A stretch of 64,000 nt of DNA from Hadesarchaea archaeon (lineage in GTDB: Archaea; Hadarchaeota; Hadarchaeia; Hadarchaeales; WYZ-LMO6). The notes under the pieces were generated by a model. It did not search any database and had not been told where the DNA came from. It saw only the letters and a list, made by a program, of their open reading frames with translations. The position numbers were made by a program, and so were the translations under genes. The stretch spans positions 2,148 to 66,147 of the forward strand of contig JAPDJF010000014.1 of NCBI GenBank assembly GCA_029259185.1, read 5' to 3'. Position 1 is the stretch's first letter. Each line of letters starts with the position of its first letter. Positions 18,193-28,101 of the stretch are shown piece by piece.

Positions 18193-18849
18193 ATGGATGT
18201 AATCAGCCTGACGGTAGCGATAATTTCTTTGTTCGCGGCGGTGTCGATGCCATTCATATACGATCGCTTGAGAGCCCCCAAGCTGAGTGCAATCATCCCT
18301 GAAGACGACCCCTCTGTCCAACCACTCCCGGGCGCTAGACGAGGATTTTATCACGTTATGATAGTGAACAAAAACGTAGAGATCAAGGGCAGACGGATAT
18401 TCTGGAGCCATCCGAGTTACCATACTAGGGTCACGATGAAGTTCATGAACGAAAAAGGAAGGAAACTGTTTGAACTCAACGGCAGATGGGATAGGGGTCC
18501 GGAACCTTTAGCGCCCGGAATAGCTGGGGGTAGAGTAGTTTTCTTACCGGATAGCTCCCTAGTTCCGATCTCCGAAACGATTGACATATCACCAGGAAAA
18601 GGAGGCGATAGATTTTGTGTCGTGATGAAGTACGAGGGTGAAGAGGAATGCTGGGGGTTTAGTAACTGGAGTTACATACGCGGGTGGCAACGGGGTTGGA
18701 GGGATCCAGACAGCAGACTTGGAATAGGCAAATATATTGTTGACGTTTACATCACGGCTTCGAACGCGGAGAGATCGTTCAGGTTCATCCTCGAGAACAG
18801 GGGCAGGAAATTAGAAGACGTATCAATCAAAGGACCTTACACACCTTAA
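18193..18849 (+). CDS. hypothetical protein with N-terminal TM anchor
   Basis: 218 aa, beginning MDVISLTVAIISLFAAVSMPFIY. Confidence 0.45.
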   Translation: MDVISLTVAIISLFAAVSMPFIYDRLRAPKLSAIIPEDDPSVQPLPGARRGFYHVMIVNKNVEIKGRRIFWSHPSYHTRVTMKFMNEKGRKLFELNGRWDRGPEPLAPGIAGGRVVFLPDSSLVPISETIDISPGKGGDRFCVVMKYEGEEECWGFSNWSYIRGWQRGWRDPDSRLGIGKYIVDVYITASNAERSFRFILENRGRKLEDVSIKGPYTP

Positions 18850-19126
18850 CCTAACGACTTCGATGCTTGCCTCACCCTCAGCTCCTTCCGCTTCGGCCTT
18901 GGCACGTTTAAATTGGGGCTCGGGTGGAAGCACTTGGGGAGTTTCGGGGAGCTCGTCAGCCTGCCCAAGAGATGGCCGATTGGTAGAAGTTCATTTTTCT
19001 CAAATCTTTTTCAAGTTCCTAGGTTAAAGCCCGAAGGGAATCCCATCCAAAACTCATGGCACCTAGCAAGACCGAGGTAAAATCCTTGGCGTTTGTTGGA
19101 AGTCGGCTAGTCTGATCCTAGAAAGC

Positions 19127-19720
19127 TCATCTAACGATAACCCATAATTTCTCTCTGAATTCTTCTCTTGCTTCTTCCGTACAGATGTTGAAGGCTAGAG
19201 GAAATCTCCCTTCCTTATATCCTTTTACAGAAAACGAACAGACAACACACTCACCTTTTGGCATCCTTCTCGGATTTACGTATTCAATTGTATAGTGATC
19301 GTGCCAATCCTTTGTTTCACATCTAGGAATTGTCCCATATTCTTTTCTTACAAATGCTCTGATATTTTTTATCACTACAGGATGTCCTTTTAATCTGTTC
19401 AAGAAGCCAAAACTTATTATTCTCAATCTTTGAGGGGCATCGAGCCAGAATCTGACATGAAGTTCTACCTCTTTTTTCTTCGGGATCTCTATCTTGCTTC
19501 CGAGAGGGATTTCCTCATCATCCTTTTGTCTTTCAGAAAAATATTTGACAATGTGCTTCCTTTTCTCGGGTAGATAGAACTCGGGACCTCTTATTACTGG
19601 TTTAGAGTATACCTCACCAAAAATCTGTTTTCTTAAAAGGCGAGTTTGATGTGCAACGAAGATAAGTGTTCCAAATGCAAGAACCAACGCCACGAGTTCT
19701 ATTAATTCTAATATTTCCAT
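19127..19720 (-). CDS. hypothetical protein with N-terminal TM anchor (AT-rich island)
   Basis: 197 aa. Lies within the low-GC segment. Confidence 0.45.
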   Translation of the reverse strand: MEILELIELVALVLAFGTLIFVAHQTRLLRKQIFGEVYSKPVIRGPEFYLPEKRKHIVKYFSERQKDDEEIPLGSKIEIPKKKEVELHVRFWLDAPQRLRIISFGFLNRLKGHPVVIKNIRAFVRKEYGTIPRCETKDWHDHYTIEYVNPRRMPKGECVVCSFSVKGYKEGRFPLAFNICTEEAREEFREKLWVIVR

Positions 19721-19733
19721 GCAAACACGATTC

Positions 19734-20285
19734 TTACCTATCTTTTATCGAGTGAGTGCTCCCTGAAAGGTGGTTGAGGGAACAGTCCATTAATTTTTGA
19801 GAAGATTCATCAAATTTGGCAATCTTTACGCGCTCGTAAAAGCCGAACTCATAAACCACAAGGCTATACCTTTTGTCAAAAAAGCGCCTAATCTCTTCGG
19901 GTAACGGTTTAGGAGAAATCAGCATTATATACTTAGCATCGAGCACGATCCCGTAACCCCTCGTCTGGAGGATGTCCTTAATCCTGATTTTGTTAGCCTT
20001 AACTTCCGCCACAATGATGTCCCGAGACTCGTAATGCTCACTTTTGCTCGTTATCACGTAGGCCATTATGTCAGGAATAAACCGCTCCATGTGAAACATA
20101 TAAAGAGAGAGATCGTCCAACTTTCTTTTCAATTGCTTGCTAAGTTCCTTTCTCTCACCAGTTGGCCTCAAGGTGACATTCGCCCCTTTCCATAAAGTGC
20201 AAATAAAATCTTTTAAAACTGGCTCGTAAAGAGTTTCCTCTTTGCTCATCCTAGCACGACTTTTAAAGCTCTTCATAAGGTTCAA
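19734..20285 (-). CDS. hypothetical protein (AT-rich island)
   Basis: 183 aa. Tightly packed between its neighbours on the same strand. Confidence 0.45.
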   Translation of the reverse strand: MNLMKSFKSRARMSKEETLYEPVLKDFICTLWKGANVTLRPTGERKELSKQLKRKLDDLSLYMFHMERFIPDIMAYVITSKSEHYESRDIIVAEVKANKIRIKDILQTRGYGIVLDAKYIMLISPKPLPEEIRRFFDKRYSLVVYEFGFYERVKIAKFDESSQKLMDCSLNHLSGSTHSIKDR

Positions 20286-21189
20286 TTCTCCATCTATCGA
20301 TTAATTCTCCAGTTTTCTGGAGGATTCTCAGATGTTTTCTGATCTCATTTAAAAATTCTTCCTCCGAATTCAAGAACCTCTTTAAATTGTAATTGCTCTC
20401 TGCTATTTGAGATCCAAAATACCACATTCCACAGTTTACTCTTTCTGGGGAAGCGCCAACTCTCTCAGAAGATCTAACGATAAATTTGGCGCGACCTTTG
20501 TCTGTAAGTTTGTTATCTGAAAGTTCATCAACTACTCGCCTAACCCATATATCTATCGGTTGCAAAAGGTACCGATTTTCTTTAACATCAATCCCAAAAA
20601 AGATTGAAACATCACGCAGAAATAGAGATGAGATTTTACTCCCAACACCATTGATTTCTAAAATTTTGTTATGAACATCGTAAACATCCTCTGCTTTGCC
20701 CCGCTGCAGCTTTTCTCTCGCGAATAAAACAATGTCGTGGTCATATTCTTCTTTAAGGTATTTTTGTAAAAACTCAATCGCCGAAAGTCCGCGTGTTTCT
20801 TCTTTTTTGACCTTGCCCTTAATTTTGCGATCATAATGCTCTCCCTTAGGGGCCATAGGATTGTTTCCAACATTTGGCTCCCTCTCACCGAGCTCTCGAT
20901 TGAACTCCTCCCACACTCTGCGGGGCAACTTACTGTCCCAAATATCCTCGCGCTTGAGCCCTCCAACAACCCTTTTCGCTACGTGGGAGTACTCAGGAGG
21001 AGCACCCTGCCTCGCAAAAGCATAATAGCCAAGAAATAATCGTAAAGCACCAATCCAATCTTTCTTCTTATGATACTCCTCAAACACCCGTTCGAGGAAT
21101 CTCCTGTTGAAAATCTCAAAAATTGCCTCAAACTGCTTCATCCACCTGTTCCCAGTTCTCATTTTCTTCATCTTCTTTAGAAACTCCAT
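20263..21189 (-). CDS. helix-hairpin-helix (HhH-GPD-like) DNA glycosylase-like protein
   Basis: 308 aa. KILEINGVGSKISSLFL is a Gly-Val-Gly HhH motif. PIDIWVRRV resembles the EndoIII PVDTHV segment. Confidence 0.4.
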   Translation of the reverse strand: MEFLKKMKKMRTGNRWMKQFEAIFEIFNRRFLERVFEEYHKKKDWIGALRLFLGYYAFARQGAPPEYSHVAKRVVGGLKREDIWDSKLPRRVWEEFNRELGEREPNVGNNPMAPKGEHYDRKIKGKVKKEETRGLSAIEFLQKYLKEEYDHDIVLFAREKLQRGKAEDVYDVHNKILEINGVGSKISSLFLRDVSIFFGIDVKENRYLLQPIDIWVRRVVDELSDNKLTDKGRAKFIVRSSERVGASPERVNCGMWYFGSQIAESNYNLKRFLNSEEEFLNEIRKHLRILQKTGELIDRWRIEPYEEL

Positions 21190-21454
21190 GTACCACGACT
21201 AGACTATCTCTACTTTACCTTTCAAATAGATAACGACTTTAGTCTTGGATAGCTCGTGGATGACTCCTCTAACCTCAGGATCACGATATCTCCTGCCGAT
21301 GCCCAAGCTAACCACTTTGTTTAGGGACTGAAGAATCTACATATAAACCTCATGGAGCTCGGAACTTGGGGTTCTCTTCGAAACTTTTGACCTCTGCTGT
21401 TGAGTGATGTTGGGAGGCTGTGGCCCGTGGTGACCCGAACCCGAGGGGCAATTT

Positions 21455-21763
21455 TTAAGCTTTCCAAAGCGCCAGCGCGAGCCCGATCAAAAACGTTGCG
21501 GATGTGTACGGCAAAACGTCTAAGTATCCCTCACCCGATTCGTACAACTTAGGCAGGAATTCCATCGCTTTACCCCAAAGGTCTTCAAAAGTCACAGTCA
21601 TGGATCCGGTGGCGACTAAAACGATTATCAAAGCCATTACAGCCAAAGCCAACTTTATGACTTTTTTGATTATTGCCCCCACGAGCAGACCGATTATAAA
21701 AGGCACGACGATTGGGATCAACCAAGCGTATTCGGGAGGGATCGGGACTTGAATTCCTGACAC
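21455..21763 (-). CDS. hypothetical membrane protein
   Basis: 102 aa, three hydrophobic helices. Confidence 0.35.
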   Translation of the reverse strand: MSGIQVPIPPEYAWLIPIVVPFIIGLLVGAIIKKVIKLALAVMALIIVLVATGSMTVTFEDLWGKAMEFLPKLYESGEGYLDVLPYTSATFLIGLALALWKA

Positions 21764-22175
21764 CCTATTTTATGTAATTTTTGACTTTCTAAATGCTTTG
21801 CTTTCATGAGCTACTTTGAACCTCTACCTAATTCGATTTTTGGGGTTTTGCGGAGAACGGTGGGAGAAAGAGCAAACTTGAAAGGGATATTCCCCGTTCG
21901 CGGTTTTCTTTTTTCGTGCGTGTTTAGCTGTTTTGCCATCTGAGGCTTAGGGTGGCTACTATTCCCAAGACGCGCATTACGATAGAACCAAAGTGGATTT
22001 CCGTCGCGAGTACTACTTTGAATTCAAGAGGCATCAGTTTCTGACCTTGTATGTATTAAAGCTCATTCAACTTTTTGTGAGCATTAAAGAACTAGAAACG
22101 ATGAAATCAAAGAGCCCGAGAGGACCAATGATGGTGATATAAAAACTGGATCATCGATTTTAGGATGATAGAGGA

Positions 22176-22934
22176 ATGCCCACCGCCCTGCTGAAGGATC
22201 TCAAGGCCAAAATCGCCGAGCTTGAAAAGGAGATAAAAGAGCTGAAACTGAAAGGCCCAGAAACCTGCTCTGCCTGCAGAAAGCCAATTGGGAAGGAAGA
22301 AGGATTCTACTGGAAGGGAAAACCGTATCATTTCTCTTGCCTACCCAAAGAAGCAATAGAAGCAATAGCCCATTACGTGGGCCTTAAGCTCGACATAGCA
22401 GTGATAAGGGAAAGAGAAAGAGAAGAAATCAGCCATTTGTACGAGGAGTACACAAAGAACTGGAAACAACTTAAAGTATCTCCTCTTACTTCGCTTGACG
22501 AGAAGGAAAAGATCGAAGAACTAACTCAATCACTTCAAAAAATTTTGGAGAAGCACGAAAATCTACAAATCCGGAAGCTCTTCCCTGACAGTCCCCAAGA
22601 AATAATTACAACAGCAAGAGTTGAATACTTGCTAGAAAAGTTTTTTTCTCAACCACCAGAGAAGCGTAAACGTGTATTGAACTCTAAGTCTCCGGGGACA
22701 ATTCTGAAGGAATTTATAGATCAGATCTGCCTACTCCCCGAAGAGAAGGAAGTGGGAATTTTGATTTCTCTCGTAGTTAAAAAAGCCCTAGGTGGATTGC
22801 AAAAAAGGAAGGGGCTAGGTGGGTTGCAAAAAAGGAAAGGGCGCTCTATCGCTCCTCGACACGCTAAAAAAACCCCTCCTTGGTATAAAGGGAAAGGAGA
22901 ACTTAGACACGAGCTGCTTGGAAAATATGACTAA
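22176..22934 (+). CDS. coiled-coil protein with Zn-ribbon and C-terminal GLGGLQKRKG tandem repeat
   Basis: 252 aa. Zn-ribbon CSACRKP...HFSC. Duplicated KALGGLQKRKG motif. Confidence 0.45.
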   Translation: MPTALLKDLKAKIAELEKEIKELKLKGPETCSACRKPIGKEEGFYWKGKPYHFSCLPKEAIEAIAHYVGLKLDIAVIREREREEISHLYEEYTKNWKQLKVSPLTSLDEKEKIEELTQSLQKILEKHENLQIRKLFPDSPQEIITTARVEYLLEKFFSQPPEKRKRVLNSKSPGTILKEFIDQICLLPEEKEVGILISLVVKKALGGLQKRKGLGGLQKRKGRSIAPRHAKKTPPWYKGKGELRHELLGKYD

Positions 22935-23550
22935 TCTTCATTTAGGTCTCCTATGTAGGCCCGCCTGAATGACCTCCGTTTTCTCTCTCACCTCTCAGGT
23001 ATAACTTCTGGACGATATTCTCCTATCAGCGGTCTGGTTGCACAATCGATCAGAGCACGATTAAATTTGATTTTACCAATAACTCGATCCGTTTACACAC
23101 AATTTTTCCGGTTAGACAATCTTTAAGACATCGCAAACTCTACCGACTTAGCTCTGACAGGTCTCTAACATTATAGCGAACCAACTATTCCGAGAAGCAA
23201 AAAAAATGATCTTCTCAAAGTTGGGAAGTACGTCTCTGAAGAGAGAAATTGTCAGACAGCTTTCGATCTTTTGGATTGCTAACCAACCGCATTTTTTGAG
23301 GATCGACTTTTCGGTTTTCTTTTTTTCGGACTAACCCTCGTAAGCCTAGAAATAGATGAAATTGAAGGAAAACCTTCCCAAGTTGAGCTGAGGGTTACCT
23401 TAACTTTTATGGTAGCGTAGACGGGGAAACGGAAACAAGTATTCTTCGAAGATGGTGACACTAGATCTTCTTATTTCGGTATGTCCTTCGCTTTGAGGAG
23501 TAGATTCCCCCGTGAGGTTTTACGGAGCTGGACATAATTGGGGAATAGGG

Positions 23551-23667
23551 ATGACATACAAGTGCTGCAAGTGCGGTAGAAAAACGACCTCGGAGGAGCT
23601 CGAGAGGAGGCGCGACGGCAACTTCATGTGTCCGGCGTGCGGGTGCAGCCCGTTCCGAGGAAGGTAA
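23551..23667 (+). CDS. 38-aa zinc-ribbon protein (RpoP/Zn-ribbon-like)
   Basis: MTYKCCKCGRKTTSEELERRRDGNFMCPACGCSPFRGR, with two CxxC pairs. Below the ORF-track size cut-off. Confidence 0.35.
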   Translation: MTYKCCKCGRKTTSEELERRRDGNFMCPACGCSPFRGR

Positions 23668-23789
23668 AGGCGGTATGAGGTTCCTAAGCTCCTGAGCACC
23701 CCGCTGGGCCTGGCCGGAGGCGGAGCTGACGGAGCACGGAATGAGGGAGCTTTTTGCGGGTCGATCCCGAGAGCATCGAGCGAAAACTA

Positions 23790-25178
23790 TCAACCATCGA
23801 TTTCATATTTTCCCCTTTCAATCGGGATCACAACCTCGGTTTCCAATTTCTTCAGGAATGGGACGAACATCTGCGGCTGCTCGGTGTGTATGGGGAAGAA
23901 CTTTTTGGGCCGGAGCCTCTCAACGATCTCGTAGATATCCTCCGGCCTGGCGTGGCCCGGGGTGTGTATCCTGTACAGTGGGATCCCGTAGACCGAAAGC
24001 CAGTTCTTCAGCCTCCTCTCGTCGAGCTCCATCTCCTCCTCGAATGGCTCCGTCTGGGACAGGATGTAAATGCTCCCGGGGGGCGGATCCAAGTACCTGA
24101 TCGGGGTCACTTCCCATGAATCCAGGAAAAGACAGCTTTCTGCCCTGCTCCTCAAGCCCGCCGAATCCACGAATATCTCGCTCCCGTAGCGCTGATCGAG
24201 CACCCTGGCCCTCTTGTTGGAGGGGTGGTAAGGCAGCTCCCTCAGGAAGACTCGGACTTCTTGACTTCTTGTCCCCACTTTGGGTACCCTTCCCAGTTTC
24301 GGATCGTCCTCCACGGACATCAGGGCTATCGCTATCGGGGGAGCCACGACCATCTCCTTGCCGAGCTCATTTGAAATCTCCCAGAACATCCTTATCCTGT
24401 CTATATCGTTCGTGGCGGTGCTGGCTATAACGAGACCGCCCCTGCATGCGGACTCGATCGCTCGAATCGTGTAGTCTTTGACTTCAGCTTCCGTGATGGG
24501 AACACCTCCCCCATCGATGTGCGTGCCCTCGCAGATCATCGCTTGAACCGGCTCGTCCAGCCTTTCCAGTCCGCGGATTAGAGACTCCGTGTAATCCGAA
24601 ACCACACCATGTCTCCTGAAGTCTCCCGTGTAAAGGACGATCCCACTGGACGTTTTCAGCACGAAGGCATACGAGCTAGGGACGCTGTGATCGACGTGGT
24701 GAGGCAAAACGTCGAGCCCTTCCCCGAAGTTCAAAACCTGGCCGGTTCTGAACGTTCGATATCGACCCTTGCTTTTCTCCTGGTATTCCTTTACCGCAAG
24801 GTTTTGCTTGGCCTTGGAGCTCATCGAGCCGTCGTACAGCCTGAATGCGGTTTCGCCCACAAAAACCGGAATGTCCTCTCTGATAAGGGCCGTTGCCCCG
24901 ATGTGGTCGGTGTGGGGATGGGAGACGAGTATCGCGTCGCACAATTTCTCTTTAGTTCTATCGTACATCTCTGGGATGTTTGGACTCAATCCTATGGACG
25001 TGTACTCTTCGATGGAATATCTCGGGGCATCCGTGGGGAAAGAATAGAACTCTTTGAATTTGCTCAGGCACAGCCCGAAGTCCAAAAATATCCTAGCCTT
25101 GCAATCCAAATCGTCCAGCAAAACCGCATTTCCACCTATCGTATTGACTCCACCATAGAAAGTCAGTCTCGCCGACAT
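23790..25178 (-). CDS. metallo-beta-lactamase / beta-CASP ribonuclease (archaeal RNase J-like)
   Basis: 462 aa. Motif VSHPHTDHIGA (HxHxDH). The beta-CASP acidic and His motifs occur downstream. The size matches aRNase J. Confidence 0.8.
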   Translation of the reverse strand: MSARLTFYGGVNTIGGNAVLLDDLDCKARIFLDFGLCLSKFKEFYSFPTDAPRYSIEEYTSIGLSPNIPEMYDRTKEKLCDAILVSHPHTDHIGATALIREDIPVFVGETAFRLYDGSMSSKAKQNLAVKEYQEKSKGRYRTFRTGQVLNFGEGLDVLPHHVDHSVPSSYAFVLKTSSGIVLYTGDFRRHGVVSDYTESLIRGLERLDEPVQAMICEGTHIDGGGVPITEAEVKDYTIRAIESACRGGLVIASTATNDIDRIRMFWEISNELGKEMVVAPPIAIALMSVEDDPKLGRVPKVGTRSQEVRVFLRELPYHPSNKRARVLDQRYGSEIFVDSAGLRSRAESCLFLDSWEVTPIRYLDPPPGSIYILSQTEPFEEEMELDERRLKNWLSVYGIPLYRIHTPGHARPEDIYEIVERLRPKKFFPIHTEQPQMFVPFLKKLETEVVIPIERGKYEIDG

Positions 25179-25445
25179 CGTCTCATTAGTTACTCAACAG
25201 CCCTCCTAATTTATCCTGCTGGCGGTGTCACCGTAGCGTTCAGCATTCAGAGCTATTCAGAGGCCACCACCGGATGTGAACTGACGAGGGCTGCTGGCAC
25301 GCGCTTAGCACGTTTAAATTGGGGGCTCAGGTGGCGCGTGGCTAAAGGGGGCAACTGGATCGGATTTTTCCACCCGAGACCGGCGGTGAGAGAGCGGGAG
25401 AACTCCGAAGCCGGTGATCCCCAATATCACTAGTAAAGAACGAAT

Positions 25446-26069
25446 TTATATCACTTCAACAACCCTTTCTTTGTAAAAATTGCACAGTCGCGAGAGCGGG
25501 CACTCCCCGCACCTCGGTTCGGGCCCGCACACGAGGGCAGCGAAGTCGAGCAGGGCTTCATTGTATTCGGGTCCACTACCTCTAGGAACTAAGTCACTTG
25601 CGAGCTTCAAGAGTGCTTCGTCTCTAGAAGGTGGTCGCCTGCCTTGTAACCCGAAGACCCTCCTGAGGACACGTGCCACATTCACATCAACTATTGATAC
25701 ATCCCTCCGAAATCCAAAGCAGAGGATCGCGTTCGCCGTGTAACTACCTACGCCAGGCAACTTCGTGAGTTCGTCTTGCCGGTCGGGCACATGTCCGCCA
25801 TATTCTTTAACCATTCTTGTCGCAAGTTCGATGAGCCACTGCGCCCTTTTTTGGAGACCCAATGGTGTGAGGAGCTTCCGCAACTCTTTCACGTTTGCGG
25901 ATGCCAAGTGCGTGACGGTGGGGTACTCTTTCAAGAATGATGGATAAAACTCCGCTACCCGCTCGGCGGGTGTACGCTGAAGCAAAATCTCTGCGAGCAG
26001 GACTCGATACGGATCGGTGGACACCCTCCAAGGGAAAGTTCTCCCGTGCTTTCGCCGCCAATCTAACAA
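25446..26069 (-). CDS. nth: endonuclease III / HhH-GPD base-excision glycosylase with 4Fe-4S loop
   Basis: 207 aa. HhH segment LTKLPGVGSYTANAIL. Catalytic-Asp region IVDVNVARVLRRV. C-terminal CGPEPRCGECPLSRLC cluster. Confidence 0.85.
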   Translation of the reverse strand: MLDWRRKHGRTFPWRVSTDPYRVLLAEILLQRTPAERVAEFYPSFLKEYPTVTHLASANVKELRKLLTPLGLQKRAQWLIELATRMVKEYGGHVPDRQDELTKLPGVGSYTANAILCFGFRRDVSIVDVNVARVLRRVFGLQGRRPPSRDEALLKLASDLVPRGSGPEYNEALLDFAALVCGPEPRCGECPLSRLCNFYKERVVEVI

Positions 26070-26091
26070 CGACCGTACGAAGCTCGTCGAT

Positions 26092-28101
26092 TTATTCGGC
26101 AGTTAGACCCCTTCGCTTTTCCATCTCTTCTTCAGCCACGCGAACCGCAAGACGAAATAAGTAGCCGCGGAAGTCTTCTCGGTACAGTCTTACCGTGTCC
26201 TTGACGAACTCGTGGGCGCGGCAGAGAGCCCAAGGAAGTATCGGCCTTGCGCCCGTTTTAAGGGTTTCTGTGTATATGTCGAGAGTTCGAGGGTCCGCTA
26301 GAGCCGTCAGAACCCTCCCCACATACTCCCTTTCTTTCTCGACCAAGTCTGAACTCTCCAGAAGTCTATAGGGAAGGAGTATCTCGTACCGCGGCAGTGC
26401 CGTGCTCTCCGTGGGTAAGTCCTCTAGGGTTAGCCGACCACCCTTTACACCACAGTAGAAGCTCAAAACGGCGGCCCTTGCACAGAGGAGAGCGTACAGC
26501 TCGGGATCTGGTTCTTCTATCAGCTCCTTTTTTTCCTCAATGCGTTTTTCGATAAAGCTAATCCACTGGTCTTCTTTAGTTACCCCTTCCTCCTCCGCTT
26601 GGCGCCTTAACTCGGGCTCCATCATGTAAGAGAAACGGCGCACGAAGCGACATGTACAAACGATCTCGCCCGACGAAAGGTCGGGCGACAAACCCTCAAA
26701 GAGTCTCAAAACAGTCCCCTGATCAGATAGGCGGAAGTGGAATATCAAATCGGGGTCCATATCGGGCCAGATAGGCGACCTCCCTTCCATTCCCGATCCG
26801 AACCGGAGGTACCAAAAAACTAGGGGGGCAATAAATTCAACCCCAGCTCTTTTTACCGTCCCGCAGTAAAGAACGCGGTCGGAGAAATTAACGTCCTTGA
26901 CGAGTTCGCTGAAGGCTCTGAGACTGTTTCTAACCATTTGGCCGTGTATTCTAGGTTGGGTGTAGTCCGAAAAGAGATGCTCTAGCGGGAAAATCCTTCC
27001 GTCTCTGAACACCACATCGGGCCGGCGCCGGCCCCCCCCGTTCAGGGCCTCGTGGTCTTTAAGGTACTGACGGACATTTAGGGCCGCACTCAAAGTTCGC
27101 TCCCATAGCCTTGGATCGGCCAGTTGAAGGTACGCGCTAGGTGGGACTAGGATCCCCTGATCGATGGCTTCTTCAGATGTGTATGTCACCCATGTGCTCG
27201 GCGACGGTTTTGCGTCGACATCCTCTATTTCACTTGTATACAAGTTGTAGTATATGGCAACGGCTGCCAGAATCGCCATCGGGTGGCGCTCAAATTTTTT
27301 AGGCAGGATATCCCCCAACGAGAAAATTTGGAGAGAAGCGTCCGTACCCACTTCAGTGTACGGTTCCTCCAGTTGACCGACTTTAAACCTCTCTAAAAAA
27401 CTTCTTCCGAGCACTACTTGTTTTAAGTGCTTATCGACGATGTCCGGGTCAAAGTGGGCCTCGTCGCTGAGGGTTCGGGGTTTAAACTTTAACTGGAGAC
27501 CTTTTCGTGGCACCCCAAGTTGGCGCGCGAAAACCGAGTCGGCGACATTGTCGATATCCCATACTTTCCTCCCCATCTCTTCCACCCTTTTCTTATCCCC
27601 TGCTTTCTTCGCATTCTTAAGACGATCCACGCAAGCCTTGTGTTCTTCGTAGAGCCATTTAGCAAACTGCAGAAGAAGTTTACGCGGATCCTCAGCCTCG
27701 AGCCGCCGAGCCGCTTCCCGGAAGTATTTTTTGAGCTCGCGGGAGTCGATGTCAACGAGTTCTTTCCTAACGATATCCAATATCAGCCGATTCCCCTTCT
27801 CGAACTCCTCCCTCTCCACCTCCACTCTGAATAGGTCTTTAGGCTCCCCTAGCCAACGGGTCAGCGGGATGGCCGCAAGATGGTAGAGTATCTCAGGGGG
27901 GTTCGACCAATCGTCTTTAATTACGAGACCCCTGCTCACCATGCGTTCGATCGCTTTCCTCACATTCTGGTATGTCGTGCCCAGCTTCGCCGCGATCTGT
28001 GAAATCGTCCCCCTTCCGCCCAAGTCCTCAAGTGCTCGAGATATTCGCGCCTCCAGACCCTTGCCTGCTTGAACCCGTCTCTGTCCAACCATCACAACCA
28101 C
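26092..28101 (-). CDS. large wHTH-containing protein of unknown function, translationally coupled to the HerA-like ATPase
   Basis: 669 aa. N-terminal winged helix (GTISQIAAKLGTTYQNVRKAIERMVSRGLV). The central segment VVFRDGRIFPLEHL resembles the Asp motif of RNase-H-fold nucleases (NurA/PIWI RDG-like), but this is not established. A 10-nt overlap with the upstream ATPase gene indicates translational coupling. Confidence 0.55.
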   Translation of the reverse strand: MVVMVGQRRVQAGKGLEARISRALEDLGGRGTISQIAAKLGTTYQNVRKAIERMVSRGLVIKDDWSNPPEILYHLAAIPLTRWLGEPKDLFRVEVEREEFEKGNRLILDIVRKELVDIDSRELKKYFREAARRLEAEDPRKLLLQFAKWLYEEHKACVDRLKNAKKAGDKKRVEEMGRKVWDIDNVADSVFARQLGVPRKGLQLKFKPRTLSDEAHFDPDIVDKHLKQVVLGRSFLERFKVGQLEEPYTEVGTDASLQIFSLGDILPKKFERHPMAILAAVAIYYNLYTSEIEDVDAKPSPSTWVTYTSEEAIDQGILVPPSAYLQLADPRLWERTLSAALNVRQYLKDHEALNGGGRRRPDVVFRDGRIFPLEHLFSDYTQPRIHGQMVRNSLRAFSELVKDVNFSDRVLYCGTVKRAGVEFIAPLVFWYLRFGSGMEGRSPIWPDMDPDLIFHFRLSDQGTVLRLFEGLSPDLSSGEIVCTCRFVRRFSYMMEPELRRQAEEEGVTKEDQWISFIEKRIEEKKELIEEPDPELYALLCARAAVLSFYCGVKGGRLTLEDLPTESTALPRYEILLPYRLLESSDLVEKEREYVGRVLTALADPRTLDIYTETLKTGARPILPWALCRAHEFVKDTVRLYREDFRGYLFRLAVRVAEEEMEKRRGLTAE

